Positions 1 to 11,515 are shown, counted from the stretch's first letter. The stretch: 64,000 nt of DNA from an uncultured Thermoanaerobaculia bacterium (GCA_964618415.1 CAZUAT010000005.1:49-64048); one strand, 5' to 3'. Notes: generated by a model from the sequence alone, not told the origin. Translations and numbers: made by a program.

Positions 1-1
1 G

Positions 2-661
2 GCCGCCGGGCCGACCCACGAGCCGATCGACCCGGCGCGGTACCTCGGCAACCGCTCGAGCGGCAAGATGGGGTTCGCGCTCGCCGCCGAGGCGGCCCGG
101 CGCGGCGCCGACGTGCGGCTGGTGGCCGGGCCGGTGGCGTTGCCGACGCCGCGCGGCGTCGAGCGGATCGACGTCGGCACCGCGCGCGAGATGGGCGAGG
201 CGGTCGGGCGTCTGGCAGCGCGGGCGGACGTCGTGGTGATGGCCGCGGCGGTGGCCGACTTCCGGCCCGCCGTCGAGGCGAGCCGCAAGCTCAAGAAGAG
301 CGACGGTCCGCCGCGCTTCGAGCTGGTGGAGAACCCCGACATCCTGGCCGGCCTGGTCGAACGGGCGCCGCAGGCGCTGCGGGTCGGCTTCGCCGCCGAA
401 ACCGGCATCGACGCCGCCGAGGCCGAGCGCAAGCTCGCCGCCAAGGGGGCGCACCTGCTCGTCGCCAACGATGTGTCGCGCGGTGACATCGGCTTCGGCA
501 GCGACGACAACGAGGTCACGGTCTTCCGGCGCGACGGCGAGCCGGTACACCTGTCGCGCCGTCCCAAAGGGGAGCTGGCGCGCGACCTGTTCGATCTGAT
601 CGAGCTGACGATGCGCCCACCGAGCGAGGAACGTGCCGGCGTTGCCCGCCTCACTCGCTGA
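2..661 (+). CDS. coaBC: CoaBC (phosphopantothenoylcysteine decarboxylase / phosphopantothenate-cysteine ligase), C-terminal CoaB part; the 5' end lies outside the window
   Basis: The frame is open from base 2. It translates as AAGPTHEPIDPARYLGNRSSGKMGFALAAEAARRGADVRLVAGP...AAAVADFRP...KLKK...LLVANDV, which is typical of the CoaB ligase domain. Confidence 0.8.
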   Translation, partial: AAGPTHEPIDPARYLGNRSSGKMGFALAAEAARRGADVRLVAGPVALPTPRGVERIDVGTAREMGEAVGRLAARADVVVMAAAVADFRPAVEASRKLKKSDGPPRFELVENPDILAGLVERAPQALRVGFAAETGIDAAEAERKLAAKGAHLLVANDVSRGDIGFGSDDNEVTVFRRDGEPVHLSRRPKGELARDLFDLIELTMRPPSEERAGVARLTR

Positions 662-1364
662 CGCCCTGCGCTATCTGGCCGATCTCGGCTGGACCGAGGT
701 CTACCGCCGGCCGCCGCGAGCCTCCGCACACAGCGCCTCCACGCAGGCGGCCACGGCAGTCGTTGCGCCGCCCGCAGCGGCGATGGCTGCAGCGGTCGGT
801 GCGGACCGCCTGGCGGTGCTGGCCGCCGAGGCGGCCAGCTGCACCCGCTGCCGGCTCAGCGAGCAGCGCCACTCGGTGGTGTTCGCCGATGGCAACCCCC
901 ACGCGCGGCTGATGCTGGTCGGAGAGGGACCCGGTGCCGAGGAGGACCGCCGTGGGCTGCCGTTCGTCGGCGCCGCGGGCGGACTGCTCGACCGGATGCT
1001 GGCCGCCATCGGCTACGACCGCACGAGTGTTTACATCGCCAACGTCGTCAAGTGTCGTCCGCCGGGCAATCGCGACCCGCAGCCGGACGAGGTCGCCGCC
1101 TGTCGTGGCTATCTCGAGGCTCAGATCGCCGCAGTGCGCCCGCAGGTGCTGGTCTGCCTCGGGCGCGTGGCGGCGCGGACGCTGCTGGGACGCGAGGAGT
1201 CGATCGCGCGGCTGCGCGGGCATTGGCACGAAGTCGACGGGATCGCCTGCCGGGTGACGTACCATCCGGCCGCCCTGCTGCGGGACGGCAACCTCCGTCG
1301 GCCAACCTGGGAAGATCTTCAGTTGATTCGGGACCGCCTGAGCGAGGCGGGCGCCGTCGAGTGA
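633..1364 (+). CDS. Uracil-DNA glycosylase, family 4
   Basis: Motifs GEGPGAEEDRRGLPFVGAAGGLLDRML, ANVVKCRPPGNRDP and HPAALLR match family-4 UDG. GTG start overlaps the coaBC end. Confidence 0.85.
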   Translation: MPALPASLADALRYLADLGWTEVYRRPPRASAHSASTQAATAVVAPPAAAMAAAVGADRLAVLAAEAASCTRCRLSEQRHSVVFADGNPHARLMLVGEGPGAEEDRRGLPFVGAAGGLLDRMLAAIGYDRTSVYIANVVKCRPPGNRDPQPDEVAACRGYLEAQIAAVRPQVLVCLGRVAARTLLGREESIARLRGHWHEVDGIACRVTYHPAALLRDGNLRRPTWEDLQLIRDRLSEAGAVE

Positions 1365-1395
1365 CCGGCGGCGCGATTCGAGGAGGAGTGCGTAC

Positions 1396-2877
1396 GTGGC
1401 ATCCGGAATTGCGGTCGAACTGATCGGGCGGCGCCTGCCGCCGGGACGAATCGTGGTGGGCGTGTTCTCCGGCGAGCGGGAGGCGCGCCCCGGCCTGCCG
1501 GTGTCGGTGGCGCGCGCGGTGGCCGAACTGCTCGGCCGCAGCGGCTGGAAGGGAGGCGAATGCCAGCGCGCCGAGGCGGCCGTCGGCGCCGGGCGGGTGG
1601 TCGAGCTGCGTGGCCTCGGGAAGCGTGCCGAGTTCGATTCGGCGCGCCTCGTCTCCTGGATCGAGCAGGCGGTCGACGCGGCGCGCATCGCCTGCGAGCC
1701 GGCCCTCACCCTGGCGCTGCCCGAGCACGAGCTGCTGCACGGCGCCACGGCGGCGGCGCGGGTGGCCCGGCAGGCGGCCGCCGCCGCCTATCGGTTCGAC
1801 GCCTGGAAGAGCGACCGCAAGCGGCCGCCGCTGCGTTCGATCGGCCTGCTGTCGCCGCCCGGCGAGACGGCGGCCTGGCGTGCCGGCCTGCCGGTCGGCC
1901 TGGCGTGCGCCGCCGGAGTGAATCTGGCGCGCGAGCTGGGCAACACTCCGCCGAACGTCGCCACCCCCGCCTGGATGGCCTCCCAGGCGGCCCAGCTGGC
2001 GCGTCGCCACGGTGCCCGCATCCGGGTGCTGACGCCGCCGGAGATGAAGCGGCGCGGCATGGGCGGCATCCTGGCCGTCGGCGGCGGCTCGGCGAACCAG
2101 CCCCGAATGGTACGCATCGAGCTGGGCCACGGACCGCACACCGTCGCCCTCGTCGGCAAGGGGGTGACGTTCGACACCGGCGGCATTTCGATCAAGCCGG
2201 CCGGCCAGATGGAAGAGATGAAGTGGGACAAGATGGGCGCCTGCACGGTGCTCGGCATCCTCGAAGCGGTTGCGCAGCTCGAGCTGCCGGTGCGCGTGCG
2301 CGCCTACCTGGCGCTCGCCGAGAACATGCCGGACGGTCGCGCCTATCGCCCGGGCGACATCGTCCGCTGCGCCAACGGCAAGTCGGTCGAGATCCTCAAC
2401 ACCGACGCCGAAGGAAGGATGATCCTCGCCGATGCCCTGTCGTGGGCGGCGAGCGAGAAGCCGGACCGGATCGTCGAGTACTCGACGCTGACCGGCGCCT
2501 GCGTGGTGGCCCTCGGACACACGGGTGCCGGGCTGTTCACTCCCGACGACGCGCTGGCGGCCGGCCTGCTCGAGGCCGCCGAGGGGCAGGGCGAGCGCCT
2601 CTGGCGGCTGCCGCTCTGGCGCGAGTTCCTCGAAGAGATGCGCGGCGCGCACGCCGACCTGCACAACTCCGGCGGCCGCTGGGGGGGCGCCTCGACCGCT
2701 GCGGCCTTTCTCTCCCAGTTCGTCGAACCGGTGAGCAGCTGGGCCCATCTCGACATCGCCGGACCCGCATACGTGGGAGACAACAAGGCCCGACGCGGCG
2801 CCACCGGGTACGGCGTCGCGCTCACCGTCGACTGGCTGCGCAGCCTCGCCGCGTCGGGGAACCGCCGACGCCGGTGA
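1396..2877 (+). CDS. pepA: Leucyl aminopeptidase (M17 family)
   Basis: VGKGVTFDTGGISIKP and the NTDAEGRMILADAL signature are present. Length is 493 aa. Confidence 0.9.
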   Translation: MASGIAVELIGRRLPPGRIVVGVFSGEREARPGLPVSVARAVAELLGRSGWKGGECQRAEAAVGAGRVVELRGLGKRAEFDSARLVSWIEQAVDAARIACEPALTLALPEHELLHGATAAARVARQAAAAAYRFDAWKSDRKRPPLRSIGLLSPPGETAAWRAGLPVGLACAAGVNLARELGNTPPNVATPAWMASQAAQLARRHGARIRVLTPPEMKRRGMGGILAVGGGSANQPRMVRIELGHGPHTVALVGKGVTFDTGGISIKPAGQMEEMKWDKMGACTVLGILEAVAQLELPVRVRAYLALAENMPDGRAYRPGDIVRCANGKSVEILNTDAEGRMILADALSWAASEKPDRIVEYSTLTGACVVALGHTGAGLFTPDDALAAGLLEAAEGQGERLWRLPLWREFLEEMRGAHADLHNSGGRWGGASTAAAFLSQFVEPVSSWAHLDIAGPAYVGDNKARRGATGYGVALTVDWLRSLAASGNRRRR

Positions 2878-3856
2878 CCCGCCTGGTCGAGGTCCACGAC
2901 CTCCGGATCTCCTTTCCGGTCGACGGCGCCCCCGTCGCCGTCGTGCGCGAGGCCACCTTCGCGGTCGATCGCGGCGAGATCCTCGGCCTGGTTGGCGAGT
3001 CGGGCTCGGGCAAGAGCCTGACTGCGCTTGCGCTGCTCGGCCTGGTGCCGCCGCCCGGCCGCGTCGAGCCGGGCTCGTCGATCCGGCTCGACGGCCAGGA
3101 GCTGGTAGGCCTTTCCGAGCGGGCGCTGCGCGCGATCCGCGGCCGGCGGATCGGGCTCGTTTTTCAGGAGCCGTCGGCGGCGCTCAACCCGGTGCTCACG
3201 GTCGGCACGCAGATCGTCGAGGCGATCCGCGCCCACCGGCCGGTCTCGCGGGCCGCCGCCTGGCGTCGGGCGGAGGAACTGCTGGCCCGCCTCGCGGTGC
3301 CCGACCCGCACCGGCGCCTGCGCGAGTATCCGCACCAGCTCTCGGGCGGGCAGCGGCAGCGGGTGCTGGTGGCCGTCGCGCTGGCAGCCGAACCCGACCT
3401 GCTGATCGCCGACGAGCCGACCACCGCCCTCGACGTGACCCTGCAGGCACAGGTGCTCGAACTGTTCGCCGACCTGCGGCGCGATCTCGGACTCGGGCTG
3501 TTGCTGATCACCCACGACCTCGGCGTCGTGGCGGAGACCTGCGACCGGGTGGCGGTCATGTACGCCGGCCGCATTGTCGAAGCCGGGCCGACGGCGGCAC
3601 TGTTCGCAGGGGCGGCACACCCCTACACGCGCGGCCTGCTCGCCTCGTTGCCCGAACTGGGCTCGCCGTCGCCGCGCGGACAGCTGCCTGCCATTCCAGG
3701 GCAGGTGCCGCAGCCCCGCAGTCTGCCATCCGGCTGCCCGTTCCATCCCCGCTGCGCCGAGCGCCTGGACGCCTGCTCGGTCGACGAGCCGGACTGGCGG
3801 GCGGTGGCCACGGACCATGGCGCGCGTTGCCTGCTGGTCGGTGAGGCGGCGGCCGG

Positions 3857-3860
<4 letters not shown>
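2874..3860 (+). CDS. Oligopeptide/dipeptide-type ABC transporter ATP-binding protein (DppD/OppD-like)
   Basis: Walker A GESGSGKS, signature LSGGQRQRV, Walker B LLIADEPTTALD, and the C-terminal oligopeptide-ATPase tail (HPYTRGLL...CPFHPRC). GTG at 2874 overlaps the pepA stop (GTGA). Confidence 0.85.
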
Positions 3861-4864
<1,004 letters not shown>

Positions 4865-4939
4865 GACGGAACTTTTCCCCCTGCCTGACGTAATGACACC
4901 GAACGTGAAGCCCGACTCGGAATCGAGAGGAATCGACGA

Positions 4940-6562
4940 ATGATGCTGATGAACGAATCCCGCCCAACCCGACGCCGGCCGTGGCTGGTCCTGCCCGTCG
5001 TGCTTCTGCTGGCCGTAGCGGACCCGGGCCACGCGGCCGAGGTCGATGTTCGCAGCGTGCCGACGCCGGACACCGGCTCCGCCGAACTGCGCATCCAGGC
5101 GGACGGCGTCCACCTCACCCTCGAAGAGGCGCTCGCGCTCGCCCTCGAGCGCAACCTGGGCCTGCGCGTCCAGCGCTACGGGCGCGAGCGGGCACGCCTC
5201 GGCGTCGAGCAGGCGATGGGCATCTACGACTTCGGCCTCGGCGGCTCGCTCTCGGCCTCGAGCGAGGAGAGCCCGGCGGCATCCAACCTGGACGGCGCGG
5301 CGATCCAGAAGCAGGACCGCCAGCAGTTCTCGGTCGGTCTGTCCCGCCTGCTGCCGACCGGCGGCACGGCGCAGGTCGGATGGAGCAACTCGCGACTGAA
5401 GACCAACAGCGAGTTCTTCTCGATCAACCCGTCGTACAACTCCGGACTCGACCTGTCGATCGCCCAGCCACTGCTGCGCGGCTTCGGGCGCGACGTGACC
5501 GAGTTCGGCATCCGCATCGCCGGGCTCGACAGCGAGATCGCGCGCGAAGGGTTCCTGGAGCAGATCGTGGCGACGCTGGCCACCGCGGAGAACGCCTACT
5601 GGAACCTGGTGGCGACTCGTCACCGGCTCGCGGTCGCCGAGGAGAGTCTGACGCTGGCCCGTCAGCTGCACACCGACAATCAGGTGCGCGTCGACGTTGG
5701 CACCCTGGCACCGCTCGAGCTGGTGCAGAGCGAGGCCGGCATCGCCACCCGCGAGGAGGAGATCATCCGCGCCCGCGGCGAGATCGGCGACGCCGAAGAC
5801 GTGCTGCGCTACCTGCTCGACCTGGACGACGCGCGAGTCTGGACCCTGCCGCTGGTGCCCGACACCCAGCCCGAGGTCGCTCCGGCGGCGGTCGACGTCG
5901 CCAAGGCGCTCGAGACCGCGCTGGCGGCCCGGCCTGAGCTGCGGCGCAACGAGCTGGGCCTGCAGGCTCTCGAGCTGGAAGCGGCCTACCAGCGGGCCCA
6001 GGTGCGGCCGCGCCTCGACCTGGTCGCCTCGTACGGCTACAACGGCGTCGGTGGCGACGTGGTAGTGCGAGACAACGAGGGCAACGTGGTCTCTCGCCTC
6101 GACGGCGGGTGGGACGACGCCATCGAGCAGGTGACCGATCGCGATTTCCCCGGCTGGTCGGTCGGGCTGGAGTTCGGCATGCCGATCGGCAACCGGACCG
6201 CGCGCGCCCGCGCCGCGAGCGCCGCCCTGGCGGTGGATCAGGGCCGGGTCGGGCACGAGGAGCTGCGCCAGCGCATCGAGGCGGAGGTCCGGGTGGCCGC
6301 CCGCGGCCTCGAGATCGGCGCCCAGCGGATCGAATCGGCGCGCGTCTCGGAGCGCCTGGCCGAGAAGAACCTCGACGCCGAGCGTCGCAAGTACGAAAAC
6401 GGCCTGTCGACCAGCTTCCAGATCCTGCAGGTCGAGGAGGACCTGGCCGCCGCCCGCCTGCGGGTGGTCGAGGCGGTGACCGGTTACCGCAGCGCGCTGG
6501 TCGCGTATTATCGGGCCATCGGCAGGCTGCTCGATCACGCCGGCGTCACCTTCACCGACTGA
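4940..6562 (+). CDS. TolC-family outer-membrane efflux protein
   Basis: N-terminal signal peptide and two OEP-type repeats (LTLEEALALALERN..., repeated coiled/beta segments, ...YYRAIG). It sits upstream of a MacAB-like pump. Confidence 0.8.
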   Translation: MMLMNESRPTRRRPWLVLPVVLLLAVADPGHAAEVDVRSVPTPDTGSAELRIQADGVHLTLEEALALALERNLGLRVQRYGRERARLGVEQAMGIYDFGLGGSLSASSEESPAASNLDGAAIQKQDRQQFSVGLSRLLPTGGTAQVGWSNSRLKTNSEFFSINPSYNSGLDLSIAQPLLRGFGRDVTEFGIRIAGLDSEIAREGFLEQIVATLATAENAYWNLVATRHRLAVAEESLTLARQLHTDNQVRVDVGTLAPLELVQSEAGIATREEEIIRARGEIGDAEDVLRYLLDLDDARVWTLPLVPDTQPEVAPAAVDVAKALETALAARPELRRNELGLQALELEAAYQRAQVRPRLDLVASYGYNGVGGDVVVRDNEGNVVSRLDGGWDDAIEQVTDRDFPGWSVGLEFGMPIGNRTARARAASAALAVDQGRVGHEELRQRIEAEVRVAARGLEIGAQRIESARVSERLAEKNLDAERRKYENGLSTSFQILQVEEDLAAARLRVVEAVTGYRSALVAYYRAIGRLLDHAGVTFTD

Positions 6563-6600
6563 AGCTGGATCGGTGACGCAGCGAGGCGCCGGTCGCAACG

Positions 6601-6615
6601 CGGCTGGCGCCTCGG
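6601..6615 (+). repeat. Copy of the short intergenic repeat CGGCTGGCRCC (copy C1), 39 nt downstream of the TolC-family stop
   Basis: The sequence cggctggcgcctcgg was read directly. Its ggcgcctcg can pair with cgaggcgcc 15 nt upstream (9-bp stem). Confidence 0.6.
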
Positions 6616-6664
6616 CGTGTCCGGGCCCACCGGCCGTGCCGAGAGCCGGCAACGAGGAGACCGG

Positions 6665-7426
6665 ATGACCGAACCTGAGATCGTGACCCCGGCCGACGGG
6701 CGGGAGCTCGCCACCTTTGGCGAAGCGGGCGCCCGCATCGTCGGCGTCTTCCACCGCCCCGAGGCGACCTTCACCGCCATCCGTCGCGTGCCCAGCTGGG
6801 GCCTGGCGCTGCTGCTGCTCTGCCTGACCTCGCTCGCCATCAAGCTGGTCGTCGAGCCGCGGGTCTCGCCGGAGTCGCTGCGCACCTTCCTCGAAGAGCG
6901 CGGCGCGACCGGCGAGCAGATCGAGGAGGCGATGGAGGCGCAGCTGTCGCCGAGCGGGGCGCGGAGCTTCGTCTCCTCGGTGTCGGCGGTCGGCGGGGCG
7001 GGCCTGTTCTACGTCGTCGCCACGGCGATCTTCTTCGCCCTGGCGCGCCTGATGGGCAGCGAGATCGACTTCAAGCGCGCGCTGGCGGTGACCACGCACG
7101 GTCTGCTGCCGTTTGCGCTCGCCACCCTGATTGCGATTCCGGTCGTGATTTCGCGGGGCAGCATCGATTTCCAGGAGACCTTCTCGGGAAACTTCCTCGC
7201 ATCGCACGCCGGGGCGCTCGCCGGCGAGGAGACCGGTGCCGTGGCGATGGCGCTGCTGTCCAGCGTCGATCTGTTCTCGATCTGGTGCATCGCGTTGCTG
7301 GTGATCGGATTCCGCACCGTCGGCGGGCTGTCGCGCGGCGCCGCGCTGGTGACCGTCCTGCTTCCCTGGATCGTGGCTGTCGGACTCAAGGTGGGCATCG
7401 CAGCGCTGCTGTCGGGCGCTGCCTGA
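6665..7426 (+). CDS. Polytopic membrane protein, Yip1-like (function unknown)
   Basis: ATG at 6665 is preceded by GAGGAGA. About 5 hydrophobic helices. The layout resembles Yip1/DUF1282-type proteins; the family call comes from pattern only. Confidence 0.45.
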   Translation: MTEPEIVTPADGRELATFGEAGARIVGVFHRPEATFTAIRRVPSWGLALLLLCLTSLAIKLVVEPRVSPESLRTFLEERGATGEQIEEAMEAQLSPSGARSFVSSVSAVGGAGLFYVVATAIFFALARLMGSEIDFKRALAVTTHGLLPFALATLIAIPVVISRGSIDFQETFSGNFLASHAGALAGEETGAVAMALLSSVDLFSIWCIALLVIGFRTVGGLSRGAALVTVLLPWIVAVGLKVGIAALLSGAA

Positions 7427-7466
7427 CCCCGGACCGAGTGAGGCGGGGGCGCATGAGGAGAGCTCG

Positions 7467-8702
7467 ATGACCCGGCGGGTGTTGATTGGCGGCGCTGTGG
7501 CGCTCGTCCTGGCGCTGATCGTGATTGCGAGTGTGCGCGGGGGCGGCCGCGGGAAGACGACGGTGGTCTACGCCGAAGCGGCCGAGACGCGCGACATCTC
7601 GCAGACGGTCACCGCCAGCGGCCAGATCCACCCGCGGGTCAAGGTCGACATTTCGGCGCACGTGGTGGGGCGGATCGAGGAGCTGTTCGCCCGCGAGGGC
7701 GACCGCATCGAGGCCGGGCAGCCGTTTCTGCGGCTCGAGCAACAGGCGTTCCTGGCCGCGCGGGACGACGCGCGGGCACGCGTCGCGATGGCGGCGACGG
7801 CGCTCGAGCAGGCCCGCGTCGCACTCGCCGACCAGCAGGTCCGTGTCGAGCGGGCGCGGCGGCTGGCGTCCGACGGGGTGATCGCCCCCGAGGGTCTCGA
7901 GGCCGCCGAACTGGCGTTTGCCTCGGCCGGGCTGCAGGTCCGCTCGGCGCGCGAAGGGGTGGCGCAGGCGGAAGCGGCGCTCGAGAAGGCGGACGACGAC
8001 CTGCGCAAGTCGACCATCTTTGCGCCGCTGTCCGGCCGCGTCATCATGCTCAACGCCGAACAGGGCGAGGTCGTGGTCTCGGGCACCATGAACAACCCGG
8101 CGTCGGTGATCGGCACGATCGCCGACCTGTCCGAGGTGCTGGCCGAAGTCGACGTCGACGAAACCGAGATCGTGCACGTGCGTCCGGGGCTGGCAGCTAC
8201 CGTGACGGTCGATGCGCTGCCGGACACCGAGTACGGCGGCGAAGTCGTCGAGGTCGGCAGCAGCGGCTATACACGCGCCACCCAGCCCGACGTGCAGTTC
8301 TTCCGGGTACGCGTCCTGCTCGAGCGGCCGGACGAGCGGCTGCGGCCCGGCATGTCGGCGCGCGCCCGGATCCAGGTGACGACCCATCCCGGGGCGACGG
8401 TGGTGCCGATTCAGGCGGTCGTCGAACGCCGACCGGAGAGCCCGGCCGGCGAGGCCGACGGTGCGACCGCCGCGGACGACGAGATCCCGGTCGTGTTCGT
8501 CGTCGCCGACGGAAGGGCTCAACAGCGTCCGGTGACGACTGGCATCTCCGATGCCACACACGTCGAGATCGTCGACGGGCTGGCGGCCGGCGACGTCGTG
8601 GTCAACGGTCCCTACCGGGCGCTCAAGGACCTCAAGGCCGGCGACCGGGTGCGGGTCTCGCGTGCCACCGCTGGCGGTGGCGGTGAGGACGACGAGGACT
8701 GA
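7467..8702 (+). CDS. macA: Efflux periplasmic adaptor subunit (HlyD/MacA family)
   Basis: N-terminal TM segment, lipoyl/coiled-coil/beta-barrel pattern (TVTASGQI.P...V.A.V.GRI..L...GD.V..GQ), and position upstream of a MacB-type ATPase and permease. Confidence 0.8.
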   Translation: MTRRVLIGGAVALVLALIVIASVRGGGRGKTTVVYAEAAETRDISQTVTASGQIHPRVKVDISAHVVGRIEELFAREGDRIEAGQPFLRLEQQAFLAARDDARARVAMAATALEQARVALADQQVRVERARRLASDGVIAPEGLEAAELAFASAGLQVRSAREGVAQAEAALEKADDDLRKSTIFAPLSGRVIMLNAEQGEVVVSGTMNNPASVIGTIADLSEVLAEVDVDETEIVHVRPGLAATVTVDALPDTEYGGEVVEVGSSGYTRATQPDVQFFRVRVLLERPDERLRPGMSARARIQVTTHPGATVVPIQAVVERRPESPAGEADGATAADDEIPVVFVVADGRAQQRPVTTGISDATHVEIVDGLAAGDVVVNGPYRALKDLKAGDRVRVSRATAGGGGEDDED

Positions 8703-8703
8703 G

Positions 8704-9399
8704 ATGGCCCTCATCGAGCTGAGCGACGTCCGCAAGTCCTACCGCCTCGGAGTGGAGGAGGTTCACGCACTGGCCGGCGTCGACCTGGAGATCGAGAAGG
8801 GCGAGTACGTGGCGATCATGGGACCGTCGGGCAGCGGCAAGTCGACGCTGATGAACCTGCTCGGCTGTCTCGACACGCCGACCTCGGGGAGCTACCGGCT
8901 GAACGAGACGGCGGTCGAAAACCTGGACGACGCCGAGCTGGCGGCGATCCGCAATCGCGAAATCGGCTTCGTCTTCCAGACTTTCAACCTGCTGGCGCGC
9001 ACCAGCGCGCTCGAGAACGTCGAGCTGCCGCTCGTCTACGCGGGGATGCCGCGGCGCGAGCGGCGCCTGGCAGCGCAGCGGGCGCTCGAGCGGGTGGGGC
9101 TCGCCGACCGGGCCCGCCATCAGCCCAACGAGCTGTCCGGGGGGCAGCGGCAGCGGGTGGCAATTGCGCGCGCGTTGGTGAACGATCCCTCGATCTTGCT
9201 CGCCGACGAGCCGACGGGCAATCTCGACAGCGCGACCTCCCAGGAGATCATGCGGCTGTTCGACGATCTCAACGCGGCGGGCAACACGGTGGTGCTGGTC
9301 ACTCACGAGGCCGACATCGCCGAGCACGCCGAGCGGAGGATCGTGCTGCGCGACGGGCGAGTGGTGATCGACGAACCGATCCGGCCGGCCGGGAGCTGA
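8704..9399 (+). CDS. MacB/LolD-type ABC transporter ATP-binding protein
   Basis: [13 protein letters not shown]..., [42 protein letters not shown]. Confidence 0.9.
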   Translation: MALIELSDVRKSYRLGVEEVHALAGVDLEIEKGEYVAIMGPSGSGKSTLMNLLGCLDTPTSGSYRLNETAVENLDDAELAAIRNREIGFVFQTFNLLARTSALENVELPLVYAGMPRRERRLAAQRALERVGLADRARHQPNELSGGQRQRVAIARALVNDPSILLADEPTGNLDSATSQEIMRLFDDLNAAGNTVVLVTHEADIAEHAERRIVLRDGRVVIDEPIRPAGS

Positions 9400-9402
9400 G
9401 CG

Positions 9403-10623
9403 GTGTCGTTCGCCGAGAACTTCCGGATCGCCCTGCGCGCCCTGCGGGCGAACAAGATGCGGTCGATTCTCACCATGCTCGGCATCATCATCGGCGTGGC
9501 GTCTGTGATCGCCGTCGTGTCGATCGTCCAGGGCCTGCAGTTCATGATCACGCGCGAGCTGCAGGGTGTGGGCGCGACGTTCGTGGCGGTCGACCCGAAG
9601 TTCGAGTTCGGTCCGGCCGGCCTCTCGCGCCAAGTGCGGATGACCTGGGACGACGGCCTGGCGATTCGCGATCAGGTGGCCGGCATCCGGGCGATCACGC
9701 CGATGATGTTCGGGCAGCAGACGGTCAAGTACCGCGACCGCCAGCACCGGCCGGACATCGTGATGGGGGTCAACGAACAGTGGCCCGAGATCGCCAACCA
9801 CACGGTCGACCAGGGGCGGTTCTTCTCGCGGCTGGATCTCGACCATCGCCGCAAGGTGGTGGTGATCGGGCGCACGGTGGTCGACGAGTTGCGACTCGGC
9901 GACAATCCGGTGGGCAAGGAGATCTACGTCGGCTCGCTGCCGGTGACGGTGATCGGGGTGATGGAGAAGCGCGGGCAGTCGCTGGGGCAGGACTCCGACG
10001 ATCTGGTGTTCATTCCGCACCCGACTGCGCTCGGGCTGTTCGGCCGCGCGGCCGCCGACACGATCCGGATCCGGCTGCAGGCCGAGAGCGCCGACTCGGT
10101 CGGCCGAGTCAAGGACGAGATCACACAGCTGCTGCGCAAGCGACACAAGATCCCGGCCGGCGAGAAGGACGACTTCGAGGTGCAGGTCCAGGACGAGATC
10201 CTGGCCAGCATCGGCAGCGTGCTCGGGTACGTGACCGCGGTGGTCGGCGGCGTGGTGGGCATCGCTCTGCTGGTGGGCGGCATCGGGATCATGAACATCA
10301 TGCTGGTCTCGGTCACCGAGCGGACGCGCGAGATCGGTGTCCGCAAGGCGGTCGGAGCGCGCCGGCAGGACATCCTGGTGCAGTTCCTGATCGAAGCGGT
10401 GACCCTGGCGCTGGTGGGAGGCGGAATCGGCCTCGGGATCGGGTACGGCATGGGCGCCGCCGTGGCCGTCGCCCTGCCCGGCGACTGGCCGAGCGCCCAC
10501 GTCCCGGTTTGGGCGATCCTCGTCGCCGTGGGCTTCTCGGTCGCCGTCGGCGTCTTCTTCGGCATCTACCCGGCCGGCAAAGCCTCCCGCCTCGACCCGA
10601 TCGAAGCCCTGCGGTACGAATAG
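9403..10623 (+). CDS. ABC transporter permease, MacB/FtsX family
   Basis: MacB periplasmic-domain layout followed by the FtsX C-terminal 3-TM module (GIGIMNIMLVSVTERTREIGVRKAVGA). Confidence 0.9.
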   Translation: MSFAENFRIALRALRANKMRSILTMLGIIIGVASVIAVVSIVQGLQFMITRELQGVGATFVAVDPKFEFGPAGLSRQVRMTWDDGLAIRDQVAGIRAITPMMFGQQTVKYRDRQHRPDIVMGVNEQWPEIANHTVDQGRFFSRLDLDHRRKVVVIGRTVVDELRLGDNPVGKEIYVGSLPVTVIGVMEKRGQSLGQDSDDLVFIPHPTALGLFGRAAADTIRIRLQAESADSVGRVKDEITQLLRKRHKIPAGEKDDFEVQVQDEILASIGSVLGYVTAVVGGVVGIALLVGGIGIMNIMLVSVTERTREIGVRKAVGARRQDILVQFLIEAVTLALVGGGIGLGIGYGMGAAVAVALPGDWPSAHVPVWAILVAVGFSVAVGVFFGIYPAGKASRLDPIEALRYE

Positions 10624-10644
10624 CCGTCGCCGGCGGGGAAGCGC

Positions 10645-10730
10645 TGGTGCCGGAGGCGAGGGTCGAACTCGCACGCCCTTTCGGACGGGGGATTTTGAGT
10701 CCCCTGCGTCTGCCATTCCGCCACTCCGGC
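10645..10730 (-). tRNA. tRNA-Leu (anticodon CAA), includes the encoded CCA
   Basis: The reverse complement GCCGGAGTGGCGGAATGGCAGACGCAGGGGACTCAAAATCCCCCGTCCGAAAGGGCGTGCGAGTTCGACCCTCGCCTCCGGCACCA folds by hand. Acceptor is GCCGGAG/CTCCGGC, anticodon loop CTCAAAA, with a long variable arm and a GTTCGA T-loop. Confidence 0.85.
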
Positions 10731-10835
10731 CCGGGCCGCGATGCTACTACGGGGCGAGGCCCCGGCAGGCCGGGGGAAGGGGCGGAGGGGAGGCTCCTGG
10801 GGCCCGACTTCTGCCGCAGTTGCGCTGTGAACCGC

Positions 10836-10864
10836 TTGACAATCGGGGCCGTTTCGGCTATCGT
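10836..10864 (+). promoter_or_regulatory. Candidate sigma-70 promoter for carD (TTGACA-17 nt-TATCGT)
   Basis: TTGACA at 10836-10841 and TATCGT at 10859-10864 with a 17-nt spacer, about 70 nt upstream of the carD GTG. Confidence 0.45.
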
Positions 10865-10931
10865 ACGTGGGCGGTGGCATTCGTCTCAACTTCTTTCTTC
10901 CGAGTCACTTAGAACGAAGGGAGCACGGCGC

Positions 10932-11444
10932 GTGACTTTCAAGGTCGGCCAGAAGGTCGTCTATCCCAATCATGGCGTAACGGTCGTCGAGGACATCGCG
11001 ACCAGCTTCATCGATGGCGCCGAGCGGACCTGCTATCACCTGCGATTGCTGTCGAGCAATTCGAAGGTCATGGTCCCCAAGGACAACCTGGATCTCGTGG
11101 GGCTGCGGCCCCTGTGTGAGGTCAAGGAGATCCGCAACGTGCTCGGCATTCTCGAGAACGGCAGCTTCGACGCCCAGAAGGACTGGAAGGGGCGTTACAA
11201 GCAGAACGTCGAGAAGATGAAGACCGGTCGTATCACCGAGGTCGCCGAGGTCCTGAAGAACCTCAAGTTCGTGAGCCAGAAGAAGAGCCTGTCGTTCCGC
11301 GAGAAGAAGATGTACGAGCGGGCGCGGCACTTCATCGTCAGCGAAGTCGCTCACGTCAAGGGCCTGACCGAGCGCGACGCCGAAGTCCAGGTCGAGAAGG
11401 CACTCTCCTCGAGCCTCGCCAAGCGGGCGCGCGTGGCGAGCTGA
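10932..11444 (+). CDS. carD: CarD/CdnL-family RNA-polymerase-binding transcription regulator
   Basis: FKVGQKVVYPNHGVTVVEDI...YHLRLL...KVMVP...LRP (Tudor-like RID) plus a C-terminal helical domain. Confidence 0.9.
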   Translation: MTFKVGQKVVYPNHGVTVVEDIATSFIDGAERTCYHLRLLSSNSKVMVPKDNLDLVGLRPLCEVKEIRNVLGILENGSFDAQKDWKGRYKQNVEKMKTGRITEVAEVLKNLKFVSQKKSLSFREKKMYERARHFIVSEVAHVKGLTERDAEVQVEKALSSSLAKRARVAS

Positions 11445-11455
11445 CAGCGGCCTCC

Positions 11456-11489
11456 GGCCGGGCGGGCGGCAGACGCCGTCGGCCCGGCC
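11456..11489 (+). terminator. GC-rich hairpin downstream of carD (no U-tract)
   Basis: Hand-folded: 11456-11463 pairs with 11482-11489 and 11465-11470 pairs with 11475-11480, with loop AGAC. No T-run follows. Confidence 0.35.
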
Positions 11490-11515
11490 AGTTCGGCCCC
11501 TCTGCTCCTCCCCTC

